Source: Nemertoderma westbladi (taxonomy: Eukaryota > Animalia > Xenacoelomorpha). From it: a DNA stretch of 64,000 bases. A model generated the notes under the pieces. It was not told where the DNA came from, ran no database searches, and saw only the letters and a list, made by a program, of their open reading frames with translations. Position 1 is the stretch's first letter; each line of letters starts with the position of its first letter. The position numbers were made by a program, and so were the translations under genes. This document shows, in pieces, positions 40,301 through 55,272 of this stretch. The stretch covers positions 1-64,000 of the forward strand of contig JAUCBJ010007053.1 in NCBI GenBank assembly GCA_032718475.1. Reading direction: 5' to 3'.

Positions 40301-43300
40301 TCATATATAGAACTCAAGCCTGTTGTACATGTATACTGTACAGTCCATTCATTCTTTATATCATATATAGAACTCAAGCCTGTTTACATGTATACTGTAC
40401 AGTCCATTCATTCTTTATATCATATATAGAACTCAAGCCTGTTGTACATGTATACTGTACAGTCCATTCATTCTTTATATCATATATAGAACTCAAGCCT
40501 GTTGTACATGTATACTGTACAGTCCATTCATTCTTTATATCATATATAGAACTCAAGCCTGTACATGTATACTGTACAGTCCATTCATTCTTTATATCAT
40601 ATATAGAACTCAAGCCTGTTGTACATGTATACTGTACAGTCCATTCATTCTTTATATCATATATAGAACTCAAGCCTGTTGTACATGTATACTGTACAGT
40701 CCATTCATTCTTTATATCATATATAGAACTCAAGCCTGTACATACTGTACAGTCCATTCATTCTTTATATCATATATAGAACTCAAGCCTGTTGTACATG
40801 TATACTGTACAGTCCATTCATTCTTTATATCATATATAGAACTCAAGCCTGTTGTACATGTATACTGTACAGTCCATTCATTCTTTATATCATATATAGA
40901 ACTCAAGCCTGTACATTTACTGTACAGTCCATTCATTCTTTATATCATATATAGAACTCAAGCCTGTTGTACATGTATACTGTACAGTCCATTCATTCTT
41001 TATATCATATATAGAACTCAAGCCTGTTGTACATGTATACTGTACAGTCCATTCATTCTTTATATCATATATAGAACTCAAGCCTGTACATACTGTACAG
41101 TCCATTCATTCTTTATATCATATATAGAACTCAAGCCTGTTGTACATGTATACTGTACAGTCCATTCATTCTTTATATCATATATAGAACTCAAGCCTGT
41201 TGTACATGTATACTGTACAGTCCATTCATTCTTTATATCATATATAGAACTCAAGCCTGTACATACTGTACAGTCCATTCATTCTTTATATCATATATAG
41301 AACTCAAGCCTGTTGTACATGTATACTGTACAGTCCATTCATTCTTTATATCATATATAGAACTCAAGCCTGTTGTACATGTATACTGTACAGTCCATTC
41401 ATTCTTTATATCATATATAGAACTCAAGCCTGTACATACTGTACAGTCCATTCATTCTTTATATCATATATAGAACTCAAGCCTGTTGTACATGTATACT
41501 GTACAGTCCATTCATTCTTTATATCATATATAGAACTCAAGCCTGTTGTACATGTATACTGTACAGTCCATTCATTCTTTATATCATATATAGAACTCAA
41601 GCCTGTACATTACTGTACAGTCCATTCATTCTTTATATCATATATAGAACTCAAGCCTGTTGTACATGTATACTGTACAGTCCATTCATTCTTTATATCA
41701 TATATAGAACTCAAGCCTGTTGTACATGTATACTGTACAGTCCATTCATTCTTTATATCATATATAGAACTCAAGCCTGTACATACTGTACAGTCCATTC
41801 ATTCTTTATATCATATATAGAACTCAAGCCTGTTGTACATGTATACTGTACAGTCCATTCATTCTTTATATCATATATAGAACTCAAGCCTGTTGTACAT
41901 GTATACTGTACAGTCCATTCATTCTTTATATCATATATAGAACTCAAGCCTGTACATACTGTACAGTCCATTCATTCTTTATATCATATATAGAACTCAA
42001 GCCTGTTGTACATGTATACTGTACAGTCCATTCATTCTTTATATCATATATAGAACTCAAGCCTGTTGTACATGTATACTGTACAGTCCATTCATTCTTT
42101 ATATCATATATAGAACTCAAGCCTGTACATACTGTACAGTCCATTCATTCTTTATATCATATATAGAACTCAAGCCTGTTGTACATGTATACTGTACAGT
42201 CCATTCATTCTTTATATCATATATAGAACTCAAGCCTGTTGTACATGTATACTGTACAGTCCATTCATTCTTTATATCATATATAGAACTCAAGCCTGTA
42301 CATTACTGTACAGTCCATTCATTCTTTATATCATATATAGAACTCAAGCCTGTTGTACATGTATACTGTACAGTCCATTCATTCTTTATATCATATATAG
42401 AACTCAAGCCTGTTGTACATGTATACTGTACAGTCCATTCATTCTTTATATCATATATAGAACTCAAGCCTGTACATACTGTACAGTCCATTCATTCTTT
42501 ATATCATATATAGAACTCAAGCCTGTTGTACATGTATACTGTACAGTCCATTCATTCTTTATATCATATATAGAACTCAAGCCTGTTGTACATGTATACT
42601 GTACAGTCCATTCATTCTTTATATCATATATAGAACTCAAGCCTGTACATACTGTACAGTCCATTCATTCTTTATATCATATATAGAACTCAAGCCTGTT
42701 GTACATGTATACTGTACAGTCCATTCATTCTTTATATCATATATAGAACTCAAGCCTGTTGTACATGTATACTGTACAGTCCATTCATTCTTTATATCAT
42801 ATATAGAACTCAAGCCTGTTGTACATGTATACTGTACAGTCCATTCATTCTTTATATCATATATAGAACTCAAGCCTGTTGTACATGTATACTGTACAGT
42901 CCATTCATTCTTTATATCATATATAGAACTCAAGCCTGTTGTACATGTATACTGTACAGTCCATTCATTCTTTATATCATATATAGAACTCAAGCCTGTT
43001 GTACATGTATACTGTACAGTCCATTCATTCTTTATATCATATATAGAACTCAAGCCTGTTGTACATGTATACTGTACAGTCCATTCATTATTTATATCAT
43101 ATATAGAACTCAAGCCTGTACATACTGTACAGTCCATTCATTCTTTATATCATATATAGAACTCAAGCCTGTTGTACATGTATACTGTACAGTCCATTCA
43201 TTCTTTATATCATATATAGAACTCAAGCCTGTACATACTGTACAGTCCATTCATTCTTTATATCATATATAGAACTCAAGCCTGTTATACATGTATACTG

Positions 43301-46300
43301 TACAGTCCATTCATTCTTTATATATATATAGAACTCTAGCCTGTACATGTATACTGTACAGTCCATTCATTATTTATATCATATATAGAACTCAAGCCTG
43401 TTGTACATGTATACTGTACAGTCCATTCATTATTTATATCATATATAGAACTCAAGCCTGTTATACATGTATACTGTACAGTCCATTCATTATTTATATC
43501 ATATATAGAACTCAAGCCTGTTATACATGTATACTGTACAGTCCATTCATTCTTTATATCATATATAGAACTCAAGCCTGTTGTACATGTATACTGTACA
43601 GTCCATTCATTCTTTATATCATATATAGAACTCTAGCCTGTACATGTATACTGTACAGTCCATTCATTATTTATATCATATATAGAACTCAAGCCTGTTG
43701 TACATGTATACTGTTCAGTCCATTCATTATTTATATCATATATAGAACTCAAGCCTGTTGTACATGTATACTGTACAGTCCATTCATTCTTTATATCATA
43801 TATAGAACTCAAGCCTGTTGTACATGTATACTGTACAGTCCATTCATTCTTTATATCATATATAGAACTCAAGCCTGTTATACATGTATACTGTACAGTC
43901 CTGTCCATTCATTCTTTATATCATATATAGAACTCAAGCCTGTTGTACATGTATACTGTACAGTCCATTCATTCTTTATATCATATATAGAACTCAAGCC
44001 TGTACATACTGTACAGTCCATTCATTCTTTATATCATATATAGAACTCAAGCCTGTTATACATGTATACTGTACAGTCCTGTCCATTCATTCTTTATATC
44101 ATATATAGAACTCAAGCCTGTTGTACATGTATACTGTACAGTCCATTCATTCTTTATATCATATATAGAACTCAAGCCTGTACATACTGTACAGTCCATT
44201 CATTATTTATATCGTATATAGAACTCAAGCCTGTTGTACATGTATACTGTACAGTCCATTCATTCTTTATATCATATATAGAACTCAAGCCTGTTGTACA
44301 TGTATACTGTACAGTCCATTCATTCTTTATATCATATATAGAACTCAAGCCTGTACATACTGTACAGTCCATTCATTCTTTATATCATATATAGAACTCA
44401 AGCCTGTTGTACATGTATACTGTACAGTCCATTCATTCTTTATATCATATATAGAACTCAAGCCTGTTATACATGTATACTGTACAGTCCATTCATTCTT
44501 TATATCATATATAGAACCCAAGCCTGTTGTACATGTATACTGTACAGTCCATTCATTCTTTATATCATATATAGAACTCAAGCCTGTTGTACATGTATAC
44601 TGTACAGTCCATTCATTCTTTATATCATATATAGAACTCAAGCCTGTTATACATGTATACTGTACAGTCCATTCATTCTTTATATCATATATAGAACTCA
44701 AGCCTGTTGTACATGTATACTGTACAGTCCATTCATTCTTTATATCATATATAGAACTCAAGCCTGTTATACATGTATACTGTACAGTCCATTCATTCTT
44801 TATATCATATATAGAACTCAAGCCTGTTATACATGTATACTGTACAGTCCATTCATTCTTTATATCATATATAGAACTCAAGCCTGTTGTACATGTATAC
44901 TGTACAGTCCATTCATTCTTTATATCATATATAGAACTCAAGCCTGTTGTACATGTATACTGTACAGTCCATTCATTCTTTATATCATATATAGAACTCA
45001 AGCCTGTTATACATGTATACTGTACAGTCCATTCATTCTTTATATCATATATAGAACTCAAGCCTGTTATACATGTATACTGTACAGTCCATTCATTCTT
45101 TATATCATATATAGAACTCAAGCCTGTTGTACATGTATACTGTACAGTCCATTCATTCTTTATATCATATATAGAACTCAAGCCTGTTGTACATGTATAC
45201 TGTACAGTCCATTCATTCTTTATATCATATATAGAACTCAAGCCTGTTATACATGTATACTGTACAGTCCATTCATTCTTTATATCATATATAGAACTCA
45301 AGCCTGTTGTACATGTATACTGTACAGTCCATTCATTCTTTATATCATATATAGAACTCAAGCCTGTTGTACATGTATACTGTACAGTCCATTCATTCTT
45401 TATATCATATATAGAACTCAAGCCTGTTGTACATGTATACTGTACAGTCCATTCATTCATTATATCATATATAGAACTCAAGCCTGTTGTACATGTATAC
45501 TGTACAGTCCATTCATTCTTTATATCATATATAGAACCCAAGCCTGTTGTACATGTATACTGTACAGTCCATTCATTCTTTATATCATATATAGAACTCA
45601 AGCCTGTTGTACATGTATACTGTACAGTCCATTCATTCTTTATATCATATATAGAACTCTAGCCTGTTGTACATGTATACTGTACAGTCCATTCATTCTT
45701 TATATCATATATAGAACTCAAGCCTGTACATACTGTACAGTCCATTCATTCTTTATATCATATATAGAACCCAAGCCTGTTGTACATGTATACTGTACAG
45801 TCCATTCATTCTTTATATCATATATAGAACTCTAGCCTGTTGTACATGTATACTGTACAGTCCATTCATTCTTTATATCATATATAGAACTCAAGCCTGT
45901 ACATACTGTACAGTCCATTCATTCTTTATATCATATATAGAACTCAAGCCTGTTGTACATGTATACTGTACAGTCCATTCATTCTTTATATCATATATAG
46001 AACTCTAGCCTGTTGTACATGTATACTGTACAGTCCATTCATTCTTTATATCATATATAGAACTCAAGCCTGTACATACTGTACAGTCCATTCATTCTTT
46101 ATATCATATATAGAACTCAAGCCTGTTGTACATGTATACTGTACAGTCCATTCATTCTTTATATCATATATAGAACTCAAGCCTGTTGTACATGTATACT
46201 GTACAGTCCATTCATTCTTTATATCATATATAGAACTCAAGCCTGTTATACATGTATACTGTACAGTCCATTCATTCTTTATATATATATAGAACTCTAG

Positions 46301-49300
46301 CCTGTACATGTATACTGTACAGTCCATTCATTATTTATATCATATATAGAACTCAAGCCTGTACATGTATACTGTACAGTCCATTCATTCTTTATATCAT
46401 ATATAGAACTCAAGCCTGTACATACTGTACAGTCCATTCATTCTTTATATCATATATAGAACTCAAGCCTGTTGTACATGTATACTGTACAGTCCATTCA
46501 TTCTTTATATCATATATAGAACTCAAGCCTGTACATACTGTACAGTCCATTCATTCTTTATATCATATATAGAACTCAAGCCTGTTGTACATGTATACTG
46601 TACAGTCCATTCATTCTTTATATCATATATAGAACTCAAGCCTGTACATACTGTACAGTCCATTCATTCTTTATATCATATATAGAACTCAAGCCTGTAC
46701 ATACTGTACAGTCCATTCATTATTTATATCATATATAGAACTCAAGCCTGTTGTACATGTATACTGTACAGTCCATTCATTCTTTATATCATATATAGAA
46801 CCCAAGCCTGTTGTACATGTATACTGTACAGTCCATTCATTCTTTATATCATATATAGAACTCAAGCCTGTACATACTGTACAGTCCATTCATTCTTTAT
46901 ATCATATATAGAACTCAAGCCTGTACATACTGTACAGTCCATTCATTCTTTATATCATATATAGAACCCAAGCCTGTTGTACATGTATACTGTACAGTCC
47001 ATTCATTCTTTATATCATATATAGAACTCAAGCCTGTACATACTGTACAGTCCATTCATTCTTTATATCATATATAGAACTCAAGCCTGTTGTACATGTA
47101 TACTGTACAGTCCATTCATTCTTTATATCATATATAGAACTCAAGCCTGTACATACTGTACAGTCCATTCATTCTTTATATCATATATAGAACTCAAGCC
47201 TGTTGTACATGTATACTGTACAGTCCATTCATTCTTTATATCATATATAGAACTCAAGCCTGTTGTACATGTATACTGTACAGTCCATTCATTCTTTATA
47301 TCATATATAGAACTCAAGCCTGTACATACTGTACAGTCCATCCATTCTTTATATCATATATAGAACTCAAGCCTGTTGTACATGTATACTGTACAGTCCA
47401 TTCATTCTTTATATCATATATAGAACTCAAGCCTGTACATACTGTACAGTCCATTCATTCTTTATATCATATATAGAACCCAAGCCTGTTATACATGTAT
47501 ACTGTACAGTCCATTCATTCTTTATATCATATATAGAACTCAAGCCTGTTGTACATGTATACTGTACAGTCCATTCATTATTTATATCATATATAGAACT
47601 CAAGCCTGTTATACATGTATACTGTACAGTCCATTCATTCTTTATATCATATATAGAACTCAAGCCTGTACATACTGTACAGTCCATTCATTCTTTATAT
47701 CATATATAGAACCCAAGCCTGTTGTACATGTATACTGTACAGTCCATTCATTCTTTATATCATATATAGAACTCAAGCCTGTTGTACATGTATACTGTAC
47801 AGTCCATTCATTCTTTATATCATATATAGAACTCAAGCCTGTTGTACATGTATACTGTACAGTCCATTCATTCTTTATATCATATATAGAACTCAAGCCT
47901 GTTGTACATGTATACTGTACAGTCCATTCATTCTTTATATCATATATAGAACTCAAGCCTGTTGTACATGTATACTGTACAGTCCATTCATTCTTTATAT
48001 CATATATAGAACTCAAGCCTGTTATACATGTATACTGTACAGTCCATTCATTCTTTATATCATATATAGAACTCAAGCCTGTTGTACATGTATACTGTAC
48101 AGTCCATTCATTCTTTATATATATATAGAACTCTAGCCTGTACATACTGTACAGTCCATTCATTCTTTATATCATATATAGAACCCAAGCCTGTTATACA
48201 TGTATACTGTACAGTCCATTCATTCTTTATATCATATATAGAACTCAAGCCTGTACATACTGTACAGTCCATTCATTCTTTATATCATATATAGAACCCA
48301 AGCCTGTTATACATGTATACTGTACAGTCCATTCATTCTTTATATCATATATAGAACTCAAGCCTGTACATACTGTACAGTCCATTCATTCTTTATATCA
48401 TATATAGAACCCAAGCCTGTTATACATGTATACTGTACAGTCCATCCATTCTTTATATCATATATAGAACTCAAGCCTGTTGTACATGTATACTGTACAG
48501 TCCATTCATTCTTTATATCATATATAGAACCCAAGCCTGTTGTACATGTATACTGTACAGTCCATTCATTCTTTATATCATATATAGAACTCAAGCCTGT
48601 TGTACATGTATACTGTACAGTCCATTCATTCTTTATATCATATATAGAACTCAAGCCTGTTGTACATGTATACTGTACAGTCCATTCATTCTTTATATCA
48701 TATATAGAACTCAAGCCTGTTGTACATGTATACTGTACAGTCCATTCATTCTTTATATCATATATAGAACTCAAGCCTGTACATACTGTACAGTCCATTC
48801 ATTCTTTATATCATATATAGAACTCAAGCCTGTTGTACATGTATACTGTACAGTCCATTCATTCTTTATATCATATATAGAACTCAAGCCTGTACATACT
48901 GTACAGTCCATTCATTCTTTATATCATATATAGAACTCAAGCCTGTTGTACATGTATACTGTACAGTCCATTCATTCTTTATATCATATATAGAACTCAA
49001 GCCTGTTGTACATGTATACTGTACAGTCCATTCATTCTTTATATCATATATAGAACTCAAGCCTGTTATACATGTATACTGTACAGTCCATTCATTCTTT
49101 ATATCATATATAGAACTCAAGCCTGTTGTACATGTATACTGTACAGTCCATTCATTCTTTATATATATATAGAACTCTAGCCTGTACATACTGTACAGTC
49201 CATTCATTCTTTATATCATATATAGAACTCAAGCCTGTTGTACATGTATACTGTACAGTCCATTCATTCTTTATATCATATATAGAACTCAAGCCTGTTG

Positions 49301-50030
49301 TACATGTATACTGTACAGTCCATTCATTCTTTATATCATATATAGAACTCAAGCCTGTACATGTATACTGTACAGTCCATTCATTCTTTATATCATATAT
49401 AGAACTCTAGCCTGTACATACTGTACAGTCCATTCATTCTTTATATCATATATAGAACTCAAGCCTGTTGTACATGTATACTGTACAGTCCATTCATTCT
49501 TTATATCATATATAGAACTCAAGCCTGTTGTACATGTATACTGTACAGTCCATTCATTCTTTATATCATATATAGAACTCAAGCCTGTTGTACATGTATA
49601 CTGTACAGTCCATTCATTCTTTATATCATATATAGAACTCAAGCCTGTTGTACATGTATACTGTACAGTCCATTCATTCTTTATATCATATATAGAACTC
49701 AAGCCTGTTGTACATGTATACTGTACAGTCCATCCATTCTTTATATCATATATAGAACTCAAGCCTGTTATACATGTATACTGTACAGTCCATTCATTCT
49801 TTATATCATATATAGAACTCTAGCCTGTACATACTGTACAGTCCATTCATTCTTTATATCATATATAGAACTCTAGCCTGTACATACTGTACAGTCCATT
49901 CATTCTTTATATCATATATAGAACTCAAGCCTGTACATACTGTACAGTCCATTCATTCTTTATATCATATATAGAACTCAAGCCTGTTGTACATGTATAC
50001 TGTACAGTCCATTCATTATTTATATCATAT
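31343..50030. repeat. 60-bp AT-rich satellite (ACAGTCCATTCATTCTTTATATCATATATAGAACTCAAGCCTGTTGTACATGTATACTGT) with 53/57-bp deletion variants, ~18.7 kb
   Basis: Direct periodicity; consecutive 60-nt lines are identical. Confidence 0.98.
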
Positions 50031-52361
50031 TTATTGGATCTTCTAGAATATACGGAGAATAGATCCCAATGTAACTCGATTTGAACCAGTGGATTTTACC
50101 AAAGAGCGTTCCTCTAGCAGCAGGGATATCGCGTCGTAGACGAACTATTGTTAACTCCGTAACCGGTTTGAGATTCCAGAACGCTATACTTAACCACACC
50201 AACTCGATTCTATACCGCTAGTATCCTAGCTTTAGTATAATTGTTTAAATTAGCAGTTTTATGCTTAACTTTGCGCAATAAATATTTCCAAAATACAACG
50301 CTGTGTTTCGCTTACTTTTAACGGCGATGTATTTTGTAAGTAAAATAAATATCTTATTTTTTGTTTTTTTTAAATTGTTATTTTACTGAAACTCTTTAAT
50401 GTTTGTTAACTTGTCCGGATGATGTATTTCCTCGTCAAATCAGATTTTTTATAACTCCGTATTTGTTAAATTTTACTGTTTTATTTACTAATAGATAGTG
50501 ACTGGCTGACTGAGCTGCCGCTATAACCATTTAGTTTGAGGCGTGTTATTTAGTACTTTACGAGACTGGAGGTACAAAGTTTTATAGATTCAGATTGTCC
50601 CGTATCGTTAATATTAAGGGATCCACACGACGCCAACGGATAGGCCTACTTCATGACAGGTGGCCTACAGCTGAACTGACAACCTACTGTAACTCGGTTA
50701 CCCCGACAATAGTGTCACATTAATATAGTAAGTAGGAAGCAGAATGGAAATCAAAGTCGTTAGGCAATGGAAGAGATTGGAAATATCGTCGGTTTTGTAG
50801 TGATTTATTGGCCTGTACCACCGGTACCGAAATTCGGTTACTATTTTTTAAAGTTCTCATCATAATCTTGTAACGTGCTAGATTAAATGCCAACTGTACA
50901 ATATTTTATTATCAGTGTTTTTAATGTTGCTCTTGTTGCTTCTGTTATATTTGTACCGGGATATTTTGATTAAGAGGTTTACAGACCACTGTTTTCCATT
51001 GTTTAATGTGATTCTACTGTATAAATTGTTATAATATGGTTTGTGAATCTTGTTGATGTTGGCTTTTCAATGTATGTACAGATGATATATAATGTACATA
51101 TACGCATAATTAATTAGCATGTAGTTTATATTTATCTAACAAACCAAAATGTTTTGTATTGCAGATAATCAAGTTGCATATAGTTGCGTGTTACATACCC
51201 CCTTACAATCGACCTCGGCCCTTGTTATATTCCAAAAACGTGTATCTAAGTGGCCAAAAACCATTCCAGTATTTTATCGTTCATGACCTACTATGACTTA
51301 TAATGTGTTTTGACTTCTAATCTCAATTTTGATTGTTAATAATGAATTCAACACACCAAAAAATAATAATTTGGTTGGTTATACTGAAGTCTTTAGAGGG
51401 AGGCGTATGTTGAGTATTTTTTTATATTTCCGAAAGGTTCTGAAATGGGTGCCAGGAACTCCCCATATCTCGAAAACTACTGGAGCTATTAACTTTTTAT
51501 TTGTCTCATCTGAAGGAGGACATAATTTTAGTTAGGGTCGAGTTCTTTCGACGCGCTAGACGTATTGTTTCAGGGGTTCTATCTAAGAGAAATAACTGGC
51601 CCACTATATTTAGGGGCTTTGCAGCAGCTGGGCGGGTCGTATCTATAGTAGGTCATGTCTCGTTATTAAGTTTAGAATTTTTAAGGGATTAATTTGGGAA
51701 GTTTAACTATTTTTAATATTAAATATAGGGTGAATCAATGTGTGGAATCCACCAGAGGCAATGGAAAGACGTCGTAGGGACTCAAATAATGGGGAATATG
51801 TTAAAATATCATATTTATGTAAAGTAAGATTGTTTTGTAAAATTCACTGTGGTTGAGATCTAATCTCTTCCTATTGGTCAGTTTATAAGAGATGATCGGT
51901 TTTTGTCGTATCCTCCATTTCCTTTGCCAGATAGAAAGATGCGTCTTGAAATTCTGATATTAATATTGATAAATATATAAATCGTCAAAAATCTAGATTC
52001 ACGGTTTTGGAATGTACGGTAAGGGCCTACATTATTAGCTAGCTTACCAATATTTATTAATAGTAATATTATTAATAGGAAATATATATTATTAATATTA
52101 TTTAATAATTTCTTGTTATTGCAGTGTAGTTTACAGTGGCTTGTTAACAAAATATCCGCAGTTAAATTATGTTATCTTACCAATTATTACGATAATTCTT
52201 CGTTATATATTATTGCAGTTTATTACGCTGTCTTATTTTGTTTTCGGTAAAACTGTAAAAAACCAGATAAAAATCATGATATTACAATTAACGTTGAACA
52301 GATTACCACTAATTTTTCTAGAATTTTGAGTACGAAAATGTGACTAAATTTTAAGAGTTGA

Positions 52362-52943
52362 ATTAAACACAGCTAGCTATTAAACAGCTAGCTATTAAAC
52401 ACAACTAGCTATTAAACAACTAACTATTAAACACAGCTAGCTATTAAACAGCTAGCTATTAAACACAACTAGCTATTAAACAACTAACTATTAAACACAG
52501 CTAGCTATTAAACACAACTAGCTATTAAACACAACTAGCTATTAAACACAGCTAGCTATTAAACACAACTAGCTATTAAACACAGCTAGCTATTAAACAC
52601 AACTAGCTATTAAACAGCTAACTATTAAACACAGCTTGTTATTAAACACAGCTAGCTATTAAACACAACTAGCTATTAAACACAGCTAGCTATTAAACAC
52701 AACTAGCTATTAAACACAGCTAGCTATTAAAAACAACTAGCTATTAAACACAGCTAGCTATTAAACACAGCTAGCTATTAAACACAACTAGCTATTAAAC
52801 ACAGCTAGCTATTAAACACAACTAGCTATTAAACACAGCTAGCTATTAAACACAACTAGCTATTAAACACAGCTAGCTATTAAACACAACTAGCTATTAA
52901 ACACAGCTAGCTATTAAACACAGCTAGCTATTAAACAACTAGC
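52362..52943. repeat. 17-bp minisatellite (ATTAAACACAGCTAGCT) with 15-bp variants
   Basis: Direct periodicity. Confidence 0.95.
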
Positions 52944-53002
52944 CTTTAGATTTCTTTACTTTATCTAACAATCTTTTGCAAATAGTAAGTTGTAACTCCA
53001 CT

Positions 53003-53161
53003 CCATTTAACGGATCACTAATTCGAATTGTTATTGGTTTATCCACTTAAACGGATCACTAACTCGAATTGTTATTGGTTTATCCACTTAAACGGATCAC
53101 TAACTCGAATTGTTATTGGTTTATCCACTTACGGATCACTAACTCGAATTGTTATTGGTTT
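53003..53161. repeat. 41-bp tandem repeat, ~4 copies (ATCCACTTAAACGGATCACTAACTCGAATTGTTATTGGTTT)
   Basis: Direct periodicity. Confidence 0.92.
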
Positions 53162-53163
53162 AC

Positions 53164-53273
53164 ATATTGTGGATTATGGGAAGGTGGTTAGGATTGGCTG
53201 AATTACTGCTACTGGACGAGATGCTGATGGAATACTCGACCCTGAGTCCGAAGTAGAAATCGGTCAGTACCGA
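53164..53273 (-). CDS. Possible host exon (SVLTDFYFGLRVEYSISISSSSSNSANPNHLPIIHN), phase-compatible with 53802-53940
   Basis: Open frame, weak TTTAAG acceptor and weak GTAAAC donor. Confidence 0.25.
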
Positions 53274-53296
53274 CTTAAATATTAAGTATCCTCTTG

Positions 53297-53788
53297 GACA
53301 AGAAGTACCCAGAGTTAGTTTGACGGACTACCACTCAAAGTTGATTTATGTGTAAGCCTATTAATTAGTAGAACTCATAGGACGCTCCTACCAAATTCCA
53401 GATGAATCTGATGGTTGGTTCTATAGTTACAGTGAAACATCTACGTTTACTACAATAGTTAGAGACAGACAGAAACTATATAAGTCTGTCTGTGTAATTT
53501 CTAATTAAGCAATTATCGTAGGTCACTCCTACCAAATTTCAAATCATTCTGATAGTTGGTTCTGTAATTACAGCGACTCTCTACGTTTCTGACAATTCGC
53601 CTCCTAGTGGCAGACAGAGGAACTATAGCAGTCTTTCTGTTTGTAGAATTTCTAAACTTTTGGTAGACTACATGTGTACAAAGTTTGGTTTACTTTCATT
53701 AAGGAATAAGGAACAACAACGACAGACAACTCGGTAATGGTACCCCAACGCTAGAGGCTTCGCTCACTTCGTGACTCGCCCCACAAAA
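53297..53788 (+). mobile_element. HINE/pearl-like (Helentron-associated) non-autonomous element
   Basis: Starts ACAAGAAGTACC. Two-plus diverged ~140-bp core repeats (CTCCTACCAAATT at ~53385 and ~53526). ACAACAACGACAGACA microsatellite remnant, then GC-rich 3' terminal motif GGCTTCGCTCACTTCGTGACTCGCCC followed by an A-run. Confidence 0.55.
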
Positions 53789-53801
53789 CCTCGACATATA
53801 C

Positions 53802-53940
53802 CTCCCACGGAAGTAGCAGCGCCGCATTGCTCAAAGCCCGAAACTGTATATAGTCAGAGCAGTACTTCAGCAACTCGACGCCATTACAAGTCTCATTCAT
53901 TGCGCACCTCCTGTACATAATGACGTCACAAAAAATGTAC
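53802..53940 (-). CDS. Possible host exon (YIFCDVIMYRRCAMNETCNGVELLKYCSDYIQFRALSNAALLLPWE)
   Basis: Acceptor GTTTTCAG at 53941, donor GAG|GTATAT at 53801, frame open throughout, GC-richer than flanks. Confidence 0.4.
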
Positions 53941-54924
53941 CTGAAAACATTATATTATTGGTACTGAACAAAACGATATCGTTCAATATGCTAATCTGGG
54001 TGGTTTATAGGACATATTTTGTGTAATATGTCTAAGTGTACTGGAATTTTCATTTTAATTTGTAAGTTATGAATAAATGTAAATGTTAATGTATATAGAT
54101 AGTCAACGCAGTACTCATCTTCATTATACTGTTGTAAGCCTCGTTGCACTCGTCCTGTTTTGTATATTTCCTAAATGCAGACCTACGATCTTTATAACTA
54201 GGGATGTTGAAAATAATAATATTATTTTATTATTATATTATTTTATTATTATATTATTTTATGTTATTTTATTATTATATATATATTTTATAATTATTTT
54301 ATTAATTATTATCGAAAAAAAAAAAAAATTAATATTCTAGAATGTACGAAAAAATATTGAACTTCTTACAAATTACATATCATTTTACCAACTTGTCTCA
54401 AGACGTTCCAAGAGGTTTCCGCTGGCCAAGAACCTCTAAGAGGTGAAAAGAGAGACCAAGAACCCTCAAGAGCGACCAACATAGTTTTACCTTCAATTCA
54501 AACCAAGAATGCCGAACTTTACAGAAGATGATACCTTCTTCTTGATTGGGCATTGTGATTAAATCAATACACAACATTTTTTTACCGCACATTACTGCTA
54601 TATCAATCAATATCGTTCCATTTGTGTGTTATCAGAATGAATTATTCTTTATAAGTATATTTCCAAACGTTTTCAGTTCCACACTATGGTTAAAGGACGC
54701 CTTTATTTATCATATATAAGTAAACAAATATGTAGCACGTACCTACCTACTTGGGAAGAAACCTCACTCGTTAAATAGTTGATATTAATGAAATCGAAGG
54801 GAATTCTGGAAGGTGGGAATTCAAGTATTCCGGCGGTTAATATTAAGAAATTTTAATATAGGGCAAACGGATTAAACCACGAGTTTATTTCAGATCAAAG
54901 TTTTAAGAAATTAAAGAACAAAAT

Positions 54925-55000
54925 GCTACTGCGGACGGGTTTCGAGCCCAGTAAATAATAACACAGCTCCTGCCTGTGCTCTTCCGACTGAGCTAAAATT
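54925..55000 (-). pseudogene. tRNA-derived sequence (SINE head or tRNA pseudogene)
   Basis: Minus strand has A box TAGCTCAGTCGG followed by AAGAGCA, and degenerate B box GGGCTCGAAACCC. No intact acceptor or anticodon stem. Confidence 0.55.
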
Positions 55001-55272
55001 TCACACTTTTGTAAGATCACTCTAATTTAGTGATATAAAGTAATAATAATTAGCTAAAGCGGTAGTATCCAAACCAACAACCAACCCAAATATCCCCAGG
55101 CCAGTTAACAAAGATAAGTAACCTTAGAGATAAGGGACTCTACCAGTCGGCTGTAAACATGACCTCATTATTAAAGTAGTAACTTAGACAACACAAGAAA
55201 AGGAAGCCTAATAGACCACAACAGGAGGGTGCCCGCAGTTGCGGTACTGTAGCTGTTTTTACTTGTGTTAGC

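Noticed and set aside
31153-49762. Dozens of 20-aa-repeat ORFs (TTGLSSIYDIKNEWTVQYTC)
   Set aside because: Satellite artefact, repeatedly frameshifted by 53-bp units.
50047-50139. Possible terminal exon NIRRIDPNVTRFEPVDFTKERSSSSRDIAS*
   Set aside because: Weak acceptor, no phase-matched partner exon established, no homology recognised.
51180-51650. Old DNA-transposon-like fragment (CATATCTCGAAAACTACTGGAGCTATTAAC)
   Set aside because: No termini, TSD or second copy visible in the window.
54925-55000. Functional tRNA gene
   Set aside because: The cloverleaf cannot be completed and the B box is mutated; kept only as a tRNA-derived relic.
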